Shown piece by piece: positions 9,671 to 17,745 of a DNA stretch of 64,000 nt. The stretch is from the NCBI GenBank assembly GCA_052034235.1, contig JBPOIT010000012.1, positions 34,161-98,160 of the forward strand, read 5' to 3'. Below the pieces are notes generated by a model. The model saw only the letters and a list, made by a program, of their open reading frames with translations, was not told where the DNA came from and did not search any database. The position numbers and the translations under genes were made by a program. Within the stretch, counting starts at the first letter, position 1. Each line of letters starts with the position of its first letter. Origin of the DNA: Candidatus Levyibacteriota bacterium (lineage in GTDB: Bacteria > Patescibacteriota > Microgenomatia > Levybacterales > UBA12049).

Positions 9671-10132
9671 TTAATGGATACTTTGCTCACGGGCAATTTG
9701 AAGAGAGCGTTTTTCCTCATCAGATAACTCATGATCAAGGCCCTTTCCTTTTTTAACCCGCTTTGCATACCATCTCGTTCCTGATCTTGAGTAGAGCGCT
9801 GTGATGACGACCCCGGTGTCTTGTGCATCTAAGAGCGCGAGTATAAAACTCTGATCCCCTCCAGTGTCTTTGAACGGATTAAACCGTAACAGACCGATCT
9901 TTTGGACGTGGAACTGTTGATGTTTTTCTATTGTATCACACCTGCTGATTAGTAGATCAATATCCTTTTTGGCAATCTGCAAACCTCTGGTCAAATTTGT
10001 CAGGACTTCTTCAAGTGTTTTTTTATTCGCTCCTTCGGTCAACATGTCGTAATGTCTCTTCATTCGGAAGAAATAGTAACTTAATGCTGCTAACCAAAGA
10101 GTAAGAATAATGATAATTATTGTTGTAAACAT
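9671..10132 (-). CDS. DUF4446 family protein
   Basis: An N-terminal TM segment and the motif 'RFNPFKDTGGDQSFILALLDAQDTGVVITALYSR' match the DUF4446 pattern. Confidence 0.55.
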   Translation of the reverse strand: MFTTIIIIILTLWLAALSYYFFRMKRHYDMLTEGANKKTLEEVLTNLTRGLQIAKKDIDLLISRCDTIEKHQQFHVQKIGLLRFNPFKDTGGDQSFILALLDAQDTGVVITALYSRSGTRWYAKRVKKGKGLDHELSDEEKRSLQIAREQSIH

Positions 10133-10199
10133 GTGCGTGGTTTCGTGTTATTTTCGACGTTTTTTTGCAATGCTGATCAGTCTGTACCATATTAGCCTC

Positions 10200-10227
10200 T
10201 TGACAGCCTCAGTGTCAATAGTGTAAT
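10200..10227 (+). promoter_or_regulatory. Candidate sigma70-like promoter TTGACA-N16-TGTAAT, 12 nt upstream of the ATG at 10240
   Basis: The -35 TTGACA is at 10200-10205 and the -10 TGTAAT at 10222-10227, with no SD before the ATG. Confidence 0.35.
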
Positions 10228-10239
10228 CTAGGCACACTC

Positions 10240-10527
10240 ATGCCTAAAAGGAAAAAGACACGTAAGCAAAAAACAATGGCGGATGTAAGGCGCCAAACGG
10301 ATCAAAACGTTACGTATACTACTGCCACTATTGAGCCAAAAACTCAATTGCCGCAGGAGCATGTAGCAATGACACAGCCACTTCATCAACCAGTCCGCCA
10401 AACAGTTCAGCGAAATATTATAACTGCTGATTATCATTACCTCGGGAGAGATCTTACGAAAACATTGGTATTAACTGGGATTATCATAATCATTCAGCTT
10501 GCACTTAAATTTGGAATCGGTATGTAA
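10240..10527 (+). CDS. Hypothetical small protein with a highly basic N-terminus and a C-terminal TM helix
   Basis: 95 aa, 'MPKRKKTRKQK...' followed by 'LVLTGIIIIIQLALKF'. It sits downstream of the candidate promoter. Confidence 0.35.
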   Translation: MPKRKKTRKQKTMADVRRQTDQNVTYTTATIEPKTQLPQEHVAMTQPLHQPVRQTVQRNIITADYHYLGRDLTKTLVLTGIIIIIQLALKFGIGM

Positions 10528-10637
10528 CAGAGGGCTTTGCCTCTTTAAAACAATACATACATTTTATGAGGAATAACGATTTAGCTATTGAAACCCCACT
10601 CCGTAAGTAATGCGGTGTGAAAGGAGGTGATTATATT

Positions 10638-10781
10638 ATGGCATCAATGTATTGTGTAAAATGTCGTGCTAAGAAAGAAGTTAGTGACCCAGAAAAGGTT
10701 ACTATGAAAAACGGAAAGCCAGCACTGAAGGCAAAATGTCCAGATTGTGGTACAGGTATGTACAAAATTGGCTCAAAATAA
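10638..10781 (+). CDS. Small zinc-ribbon protein (DUF5679-like, CxxC...CxxC), 47 aa; not in the supplied ORF track
   Basis: Translation is MASMYCVKCRAKKEVSDPEKVTMKNGKPALKAKCPDCGTGMYKIGSK. A strong SD AAGGAGGTGA lies 8 nt upstream and a terminator follows. Confidence 0.7.
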   Translation: MASMYCVKCRAKKEVSDPEKVTMKNGKPALKAKCPDCGTGMYKIGSK

Positions 10782-10835
10782 AACCGTTACTCTCCTTGAA
10801 GATATATAAAAAAACTTCAAGGAACACGATGAAAA

Positions 10836-10868
10836 AACCCCGCTGCAAGGCGGGGTTTTTCTTTTTTG
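10836..10868 (+). terminator. Rho-independent terminator (CCCCGC-TGCAAG-GCGGGG stem followed by a T-run)
   Basis: The sequence 'aaaccccgctgcaaggcggggtttttctttttt' sits directly after the DUF5679 gene. Confidence 0.75.
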
Positions 10869-10908
10869 CTTGACCTCTTTTCATGCAAATGAAACAATAA
10901 ATACAGCT

Positions 10909-12513
10909 ATGTTTCATGCAATCGTTAAAGCATTCAGAGCAGTAGACGCATTCTTAACCGTGTGTGAGAATTATACTGAGCAGCGGATATGGAACGGGAA
11001 ATTTATTTATGATTTGAAGTTTCTTACTGCGACAAAGAATCTCGAGCTGCAGGAAGTCTCAGAAAAGAAAACCAAAGCACTCCAGGCATCAAGTAGTTAT
11101 ATCGCATTCATAGCGCATCTTAAAAAGATTCAGGCATTCCTGCTGCGTCACCCGCTTCTTTCTGATCCGCTCATCTTGATAACTGAGAATCTGCGGTTTT
11201 GCAGTAAATATTTCGCACATTATCTCATTATCATCATCAGTGGACTTGCTTCTTCATATCTGCTTCTCATGACATTTCGCTTCGCTCCGGCTTCATTTGT
11301 GGGATTATCGCTGCCGCTACTTTATATAAACCATTTATTCCTTTCATGCTTTTTTATCTTTATTGAAAACAAAGAACAGGGAGCTCCCCTTTCACTTAGT
11401 GGCATATTCAGTAGTCTCAAACAATCGCTAGCCGCAAATACCTTTATTTTTCTGCTTCAGAATTCACTCCTTATTATTGCAGGAGTTTTTATTTTGAGTG
11501 TTTCTTATCTTATGAATATGTTCTTTTCCACACCGGAAACTATTTGGTATACGTCATTTTTCTATCTGCTGCCTATTGTGGCTGTCTGTTTGGTACTCGG
11601 AGTCATGTTATATTTTGCAGAAATCATTCTTGCCTTCTGTTATCCGTTTATCCTTCATGAGAAGAAAACTGCCCATCATGCGCTGAAGCAAAGTATACAT
11701 GCATTTCATACCAACCCGCGCTATTCACTCTATTTCTATCTTCTTCTAAGCCTCGTCTCAATACTCTTTCTCGTCAATATAACGACCAGGACATATGAAG
11801 GTGGATTTATTGTGGCAGCACTGTTTATCAGTCATGCATTTTTGTTTTTGGGTTTTATCGTGCGACGCAACTATTTTGAGAAGGAACAAGCACTTGCGCA
11901 TGAAGTCTTTTCAGAAAATTCATTTCAATTTACAAAGCTGGCGTTGATAATAGGCGTTTTTTCCTACTTTTCAGCAGGAGCACTTTTTGTAAAATTGCAG
12001 CCTGAAGTGCTCAACTATCTTGAAGATCTCCGTCCAACACTTGCAGAATCTTATCAGTATGCAACGTATACAAATAAAACGGCAGGATTTCGTATCAATT
12101 ATCCTCAGTCGTGGACGCTCTATACATGGAGTGAGACTTCAGCAAGTATCGTTACCAATGCCACTGGAACGACGGTAGGAAGTGTTAAAGTAAATGTTGA
12201 CGTACGAACAGTTGAAGATTCACCTTTTGAAGCATTTTATCTGGCAAACCCCGGACTCATCAATTATGATACCGAAACGGGAAATGCAGAAACAAAAATT
12301 TCAAATACAACGATCAACAAGCTCAACGCCGTTAAGTATATAGCTTTGAATAATGATACAGGCAAACTGGAATTCCAAACACATTATCTTATTAAAAACG
12401 GTGATGTCATCTACGATATCGCGCTCCTAACATACAAAAAAGAAACTGAAGAAGCATATATGGAAATTTATGAACTGATGGTTAAGAGTTTTACGATTCC
12501 GTCTCAAGAGTAG
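10909..12513 (+). CDS. Hypothetical polytopic membrane protein with a C-terminal extracytoplasmic domain
   Basis: A long hydrophobic core spans roughly 150-380 aa. I place the start at the first in-frame ATG (10909) rather than the TTG at 10870. Confidence 0.55.
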   Translation: MFHAIVKAFRAVDAFLTVCENYTEQRIWNGKFIYDLKFLTATKNLELQEVSEKKTKALQASSSYIAFIAHLKKIQAFLLRHPLLSDPLILITENLRFCSKYFAHYLIIIISGLASSYLLLMTFRFAPASFVGLSLPLLYINHLFLSCFFIFIENKEQGAPLSLSGIFSSLKQSLAANTFIFLLQNSLLIIAGVFILSVSYLMNMFFSTPETIWYTSFFYLLPIVAVCLVLGVMLYFAEIILAFCYPFILHEKKTAHHALKQSIHAFHTNPRYSLYFYLLLSLVSILFLVNITTRTYEGGFIVAALFISHAFLFLGFIVRRNYFEKEQALAHEVFSENSFQFTKLALIIGVFSYFSAGALFVKLQPEVLNYLEDLRPTLAESYQYATYTNKTAGFRINYPQSWTLYTWSETSASIVTNATGTTVGSVKVNVDVRTVEDSPFEAFYLANPGLINYDTETGNAETKISNTTINKLNAVKYIALNNDTGKLEFQTHYLIKNGDVIYDIALLTYKKETEEAYMEIYELMVKSFTIPSQE

Positions 12514-13039
12514 AAGGTCCAATAATGATATCTGGATTTGCCCGCCCGCGCTCGTCTGTATCCATTCCGTACCCTTCAAGCCATACATCAGGCAGTACAA
12601 ATCCTACGTATTCAGGTTCATACACGGCTTCACGTTTTGACGATTTGGAAATCAAGACACATGATTTGACAGATGCAGCTCCACGTTCTGTAAAGAGTTC
12701 TGCCAGATACCCCAAACTCACACCAGTGTCAAACACATCATCAACGAGTAAAATATGTTTGTCCTTTGGATCAAAATCAATATCATGAACAAGTTTAGGC
12801 TCTTTTGATGATTCAGTTCCCGTGACATAAGTGCGTAGTGTAATAAAACACAACCGTTGGTGTGTACAGTTCGCTTGGTACAACGCCCGTTCCAAATCAG
12901 CTGTAAAGACATGTGCTCCTTTGAGAATGCTGACGAGCATAAAGGGCTGCTTTTTATAATCTATGCTAATACGTGAAGCGAGCTCTTTCACTTTTTGGGC
13001 AATGTCTTCTGCTTTAACCAGTATTTTTTGCTCTGTCAT
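12491..13039 (-). CDS. hpt: Hypoxanthine(-guanine) phosphoribosyltransferase
   Basis: 182 aa with the PRPP-binding motif 'ILLVDDVFDTGVS'. Confidence 0.85.
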   Translation of the reverse strand: MTEQKILVKAEDIAQKVKELASRISIDYKKQPFMLVSILKGAHVFTADLERALYQANCTHQRLCFITLRTYVTGTESSKEPKLVHDIDFDPKDKHILLVDDVFDTGVSLGYLAELFTERGAASVKSCVLISKSSKREAVYEPEYVGFVLPDVWLEGYGMDTDERGRANPDIIIGPSTLETES

Positions 13040-14607
13040 GGGGTCTCTGTTCTTTCTGTGTAGGGAACGAGTTTAAACACTTTCACCACTGAAACATCTG
13101 ATTCTTTTATGATAGCCGCTCTTCCAAATGCTGCCACATCAAATAATGGATGGCCAAGCGGTTTGCAATGTATTTCTTCACAGACTACAAGAAGCTGCCC
13201 CGTGACAGTTTTACGCTGAGGATCGTTGATCGGATTATCAAGCTGCACAGGTTTATACCCCAGAATATCCAAATAATATCTGTAGGCATGATCTGAATTC
13301 CCACCAGAAATTAAAGCAAAATTATACGGTTTATCCTCGGTTTGTTTTATCACAAATTCTGCAATTTTTTTCACCTGATCACGCTGTCTATTGGGTTCAT
13401 TTTGAAATTTATGATGCGAAAGCAAAAAGCCAAACATACCTAAAAAGATAACCATACTTACCGTTATGCCGATAAAGTGCCGTTTTTTTGCAGTGCCAAT
13501 ATCATATATTCGGGAGAGCAAATTACCCGTCAGAAGAAACGGCAGCGGGAAAATAAACGTGAAAAGATAATCATAGACTTCCTTCTTATAAAAGCCGAAA
13601 AAGAATACGCCCAGAAAAAGCCACATCGCAAGAAGCATGGTGACAAATTTATTTTTGGTGAGAAACAGATACACAATTGAGGCAATTGCAATGACCATCG
13701 CGAGTAGTCCCCAGAATTGCAACGTAAGCAGTGGTACCTGCATAAATCTGTCAGGTGTTGGGAAGTCTACAAGAAGACGTGCAAAGATGCGGAAAAAGAC
13801 ATCGGAAATCGTTCCAAAAAAGGTGCCTCCTACTTCTGATTCTTTGGTTAAGGTATCGCCAAAAATGAATTTGCTAATTGCCCGAGTATTTTGAAATTCG
13901 TGACGGAATTCAAATGCGATAAATGGTGAAAAGCCAATCAAAAATCCGGCAAAAACAAACACATAATGTCTGAGTGTTTCAAGCACTTTTATTCTGGTAT
14001 TCATGAGCCACTCGGCAAAGAAGATATAGAAAAAGATACTAACGGCAAGAAAGAGCGAAAGATAATGCAGCTGCATACAAATTCCAAGTAAAAAGCCACT
14101 GAAAACGAAATACTTCCACGGTCGAGCAGAAGCAATGCCCTTAAAGACCATGTAAAGCGTCAGAAGTGAGAAAAACGGCAACACGTTAGGATTCCATGAC
14201 GAGTGTGAATAGTTAATAACTAGCGGAGAAACTGCGTAGAGTCCAGCCGCAAAAAGTCCAGCCCGTGTATCAAAAAACTTCTTTCCAACGAAATAGATAA
14301 GAAGTACAGCCGCTGTACTAAAAAGCGCAACCATGATTGCAGGTCCCACGGGATCAAGTTTAAAGAGCCACAGAAACGGCGTGATCATATAATAATACGC
14401 CGGTCCCATAAAGAAGTCTCCAGCCGAGGAACGAGGCCCCAGAAGTGTAAAATCGCCTTCAAGAATACTTTTGGCGACAAGGACATCTCTCCCCTCATCT
14501 CCGAGAAATGTCATATAGTCCGAAATTCGATAAAGCCGCATAAACGCAGCCAAAAGCAAAATCCCCCCCAACAAAACCCATGAAAGCTTCTTATTCATAA
14601 CAAACAA
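13036..14607 (-). CDS. GT-C family membrane glycosyltransferase (GT39/PMT- or ArnT-like, polyprenol-phosphate sugar dependent)
   Basis: 523 aa and polytopic. The first extracytoplasmic loop carries the 'R..ISDYMTFLGDEGRD' DE motif typical of the PMT_2/GT39/GT83 families. Confidence 0.72.
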   Translation of the reverse strand: MFVMNKKLSWVLLGGILLLAAFMRLYRISDYMTFLGDEGRDVLVAKSILEGDFTLLGPRSSAGDFFMGPAYYYMITPFLWLFKLDPVGPAIMVALFSTAAVLLIYFVGKKFFDTRAGLFAAGLYAVSPLVINYSHSSWNPNVLPFFSLLTLYMVFKGIASARPWKYFVFSGFLLGICMQLHYLSLFLAVSIFFYIFFAEWLMNTRIKVLETLRHYVFVFAGFLIGFSPFIAFEFRHEFQNTRAISKFIFGDTLTKESEVGGTFFGTISDVFFRIFARLLVDFPTPDRFMQVPLLTLQFWGLLAMVIAIASIVYLFLTKNKFVTMLLAMWLFLGVFFFGFYKKEVYDYLFTFIFPLPFLLTGNLLSRIYDIGTAKKRHFIGITVSMVIFLGMFGFLLSHHKFQNEPNRQRDQVKKIAEFVIKQTEDKPYNFALISGGNSDHAYRYYLDILGYKPVQLDNPINDPQRKTVTGQLLVVCEEIHCKPLGHPLFDVAAFGRAAIIKESDVSVVKVFKLVPYTERTETP

Positions 14608-14659
14608 CTACCACCCATTTTAATATAACTGTGGAGGATATACAATCGAAAGCGGTGTA

Positions 14660-17401
14660 CTAATACACGTATGCGGAGAGATCTGTTGTAGACCAGGTTG
14701 GACCTGTTGTCCAGTTGCTTGGTAGCGTTGTCAGATTTGTTTCTTGACTCCCAACACTTGTTCCACCAGATGCTTTATCTCTGAAGCGCACTATGCCGCG
14801 GTTTCTGGGACTGAGAACAGCAATCCAGTAGTTTGTTCCTTGTGTTATGGTTGTAGTCGGAAGCGTCAATATATTCCAACTGCCTTCTACTGTATTTGTG
14901 ATTTCAGCTTGCGAGAGAAGCGTTCCTGGGTTACCATTGTTGTCTGTATAGATACCCACCCGAACGCGAGTTGCAGCATTATCGTTATTGAGATAGAGAG
15001 CAATTGTATTTGCAGTACCTGATGTGAGAGCAGTGTACTTGAATGCTTCAGCTGAACCTGCACCGTTTGAGTCTTGATATGCTTCAAGTGTATCATTACC
15101 CACGAGTACTGTCGGGAGTGGTCCATCGGGGGTCATATTGACATACATTGAAAAGAGCTGATTTGTCATCGTCGGATTATTTGGAAAGCTTAATGGCCAG
15201 GCTCCAAAGTTTTGAGCATAATACGCTCCAATATTCTGCTCTGATGTTGTAATGTATAAATTATTCACATCATCACTTGAGGCGTTTGTGTTATACATTA
15301 ACCAATACGATGTTAGTGGACTAAAGGAGGCCGTAATGGGAAGTGTATTCCAGCTATTTGCTGTTAGCGTTCCTACAGTTGTTTCAGCAATCTTCGTTCC
15401 TGGCTTGCCATTTGCTTTGGTAGTATATATCGCCATTTGATACTCATTATTCGGTGAAGTATCTATATCTCCTACATACGCCGAGATACTCTCAACCGTT
15501 CCTCCAACAGGTCCTACAGTAAATTTTGTTCCGTTCATGACGTTCCGATTATGACTATCTTCAAATTCTCCGGGTGTCGGATAACCGATTGGTTGGGAAT
15601 ACTGCTTAATTCCGAAATGTACGGTTGTGTTTGCAGTCAGTGGAACTAAGACAGGATTGGTTGTTACCGCTGTATAGCCATTCGGCATCGTAAGTGTGAC
15701 GGTATAATTGCCGACTGGAAGAGCTGACAACTCATATGCTCCTGTTGTGTTTGTATTTACCGTTTGGCTTCCATCTCCTATAAGAATGACTTCAGCTCCC
15801 TCATATCCATTTTCTCCACTATCTTGAAATCCATTTTGGTTAATATCAACATACACACTTCCATTGATGACATACGTTGGGACAGATGTTGGAGTAGGTG
15901 TATCTGTCAGCGTTGGAGTTGGGGTATCCGTTGGTGAAGGGGTGGGCGTGTCTGTAGGGGTCGGTGTTGCTTGTAATTTCCATAGCTTCCATTCTTGCTC
16001 CCAGCCACAAGATTCGCAATTTGTACTAAATAATAACGAGTTATCAAATACGGTGTTTGGGGTGGGATAATTTGAACTGTTTCCTGGATTTAAATCTGCA
16101 ACAATTGAGGTTCCATTTGCAGTACCATCACTTTGCCAAATTTCAGTTCCATGCACACCATCATCTGCGCTGAAATAAATTGTAGTACCAAATACAATAG
16201 GTCTATTAAAATTAGGGAATGCATTATTTCCCGGATAGACATCTTTCACCATGCTGACTCCTGTACCATCAGTTTTCCAAAGTTCATAACCATGACTGTC
16301 ATCTCTAGCTGTAAAATACAAATTATTTCCCATAGAAGCAGTTACTTGAGGAATAGGCATTTGAAGCTGCGTTATTTGTACAGTCCCTGCTGCTGTACCA
16401 TCAGTTTTCCAAAGCGATGAACCTTGGCCATTACAATTGTTTACAAAAATGACATTATTATTTGAAAATCCTAGTACAAATGCAGCTGAATATTGAGTGC
16501 ATGGGTTGACATCAGCAACCATGGTTGTACCTGTTTCGGTTCCATCACTCTGCCACACTTCTTGTCCGTGTATTCCATCATTGGCTGTAAAGTATAATCG
16601 GTTATCGATGTCTTTTAACTCACTGTCACCTGTTGCTGAACCAAGCGTATTGAGGTTAATAAATGAATTCGCGCTGCCTGGATTAATATCCTGGACAATA
16701 TATGTGCCGGCCTCAGTTCCATCACTGCGCCATAATTCTTCGCCATTAATCGGGTCAGAACCGATAAAATACGCAACACCATTGAGTGTTGTCCCTGGAT
16801 TGTTGACTATCCGAACATCACTTATTTGATATGTGCCGGCCTCAGTTCCATCACTACGCCATAAATGAATTGAAGGATTACCGTTCGAACCCGTGTTTAC
16901 ATTAAATATAGTAGTATTGTTTATTGCAGTTAATAAAGGTTCGCCTGAGCTGATGCCTGCTGACGGATTAACAGCTGTAACCCGAACAGTCCCTTCAGAT
17001 GTACCGTCACTTTTCCAAAGTTGTTGTGTCCATCCGTCCGCGGTCATAAAAAAAAGCGTTCCATTGACGTCAGTCAATGAAACTGGTCCCTGAGTGCCAG
17101 GAAAAGATTTTACCATTGTGGTACCGGTCTCTGTTCCATCGCTCTTCCAAAGATTACATCCGGTTCCATCGTTCGCTCCAAAAAACACAAGATTGCCTGC
17201 ATGTACCACACCGAATTTAACGGCTGAGGGACATCGTGTAAGGGTTGGTGATATAGATGTAGTGGTTGCTGCAATCGTGACTGAAGTGGGAGTAACTAAA
17301 GAATAAATAATAGCAGCCAAAACTAAAGATAAAGTGCGAAATATAATCTTATTTTTTTTTATTCTGAATGCATTCATTACTGTAAAAAATAATAGTATCA
17401 T
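14660..17401 (-). CDS. Large secreted ELWxxDGT-repeat protein with a Pro/Thr linker, Cna-B/SdrD-B-like domain and two C-terminal ~150-aa beta-sandwich-like repeats
   Basis: A signal/TM N-terminus is followed by 8 copies of the '(E)LW(K/R/Q)(S/T)DGTxxGT' motif and the linker 'TPTPTDTPTPSPTDTPTPTLTDTPTPTSVPT'. A domain 'VDINQNGFQDSGENGYEGAEVIL...GAYELSALPVGNYTV' and duplicated C-terminal modules follow. Confidence 0.8.
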   Translation of the reverse strand: MILLFFTVMNAFRIKKNKIIFRTLSLVLAAIIYSLVTPTSVTIAATTTSISPTLTRCPSAVKFGVVHAGNLVFFGANDGTGCNLWKSDGTETGTTMVKSFPGTQGPVSLTDVNGTLFFMTADGWTQQLWKSDGTSEGTVRVTAVNPSAGISSGEPLLTAINNTTIFNVNTGSNGNPSIHLWRSDGTEAGTYQISDVRIVNNPGTTLNGVAYFIGSDPINGEELWRSDGTEAGTYIVQDINPGSANSFINLNTLGSATGDSELKDIDNRLYFTANDGIHGQEVWQSDGTETGTTMVADVNPCTQYSAAFVLGFSNNNVIFVNNCNGQGSSLWKTDGTAAGTVQITQLQMPIPQVTASMGNNLYFTARDDSHGYELWKTDGTGVSMVKDVYPGNNAFPNFNRPIVFGTTIYFSADDGVHGTEIWQSDGTANGTSIVADLNPGNSSNYPTPNTVFDNSLLFSTNCESCGWEQEWKLWKLQATPTPTDTPTPSPTDTPTPTLTDTPTPTSVPTYVINGSVYVDINQNGFQDSGENGYEGAEVILIGDGSQTVNTNTTGAYELSALPVGNYTVTLTMPNGYTAVTTNPVLVPLTANTTVHFGIKQYSQPIGYPTPGEFEDSHNRNVMNGTKFTVGPVGGTVESISAYVGDIDTSPNNEYQMAIYTTKANGKPGTKIAETTVGTLTANSWNTLPITASFSPLTSYWLMYNTNASSDDVNNLYITTSEQNIGAYYAQNFGAWPLSFPNNPTMTNQLFSMYVNMTPDGPLPTVLVGNDTLEAYQDSNGAGSAEAFKYTALTSGTANTIALYLNNDNAATRVRVGIYTDNNGNPGTLLSQAEITNTVEGSWNILTLPTTTITQGTNYWIAVLSPRNRGIVRFRDKASGGTSVGSQETNLTTLPSNWTTGPTWSTTDLSAYVY
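15900..15995 (-). repeat. Imperfect tandem DNA repeat encoding a (T/D/S)PTPT Pro/Thr linker
   Basis: The plus strand reads as iterated GGNGTNGG units (the antisense GVGV ORF 15864-16070 is an artefact of this). Confidence 0.6.
16066..17164 (-). repeat. Eight tandem ELWxxDGT protein repeats (coding)
   Basis: A ~45-aa periodicity of LWxSDGTxxGT motifs runs within the CDS 14660-17401. Confidence 0.6.
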
Positions 17402-17552
17402 TGATGACTTGCGTTGTAAAGATGACGCATTACATCATCTAAAATCTTGATGAACACTATTAGTTATCTCAGATAAAAAGACTTCTCTATATGAGCGAGG
17501 GTTAAGCCCAAACAAACTACTAGTTCTTAATAAAACTCCTACATGGCCAGGA

Positions 17553-17732
17553 ATGACCGGTAAGGAAGACTTAATAATCATCAACACTGAACTACTCCCT
17601 GTTCTTGGAGCGAAAGCTGAGGTTTATAATAATAAAATCGAAAAATTAAACAAAAATGAAAATTACCAATTAGCCATAAACCAAGATGGAGTTCTTATCT
17701 ACAGAAAAAAATCTTTTACCTTAAGCGAATAA
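17553..17732 (+). CDS. Unannotated 59-aa ORF in the 344-bp intergenic region (hypothetical; may be spurious)
   Basis: Translation is MTGKEDLIIINTELLPVLGAKAEVYNNKIEKLNKNENYQLAINQDGVLIYRKKSFTLSE. It is opposite in orientation to both flanking genes, with no SD. Confidence 0.2.
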   Translation: MTGKEDLIIINTELLPVLGAKAEVYNNKIEKLNKNENYQLAINQDGVLIYRKKSFTLSE

Positions 17733-17745
17733 CCAACCATTTACA

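Noticed and set aside
10870-10908. TTG-initiated extension of the membrane-protein ORF
   Set aside because: The extension begins inside the T-run of the upstream terminator. The first ATG (10909) is the more plausible start.
15864-16070. Plus-strand 68-aa ORF rich in GVGVSV repeats
   Set aside because: It is the antisense reading of the Pro/Thr-linker-coding DNA of the ELWxxDGT gene, a repeat artefact rather than a gene.
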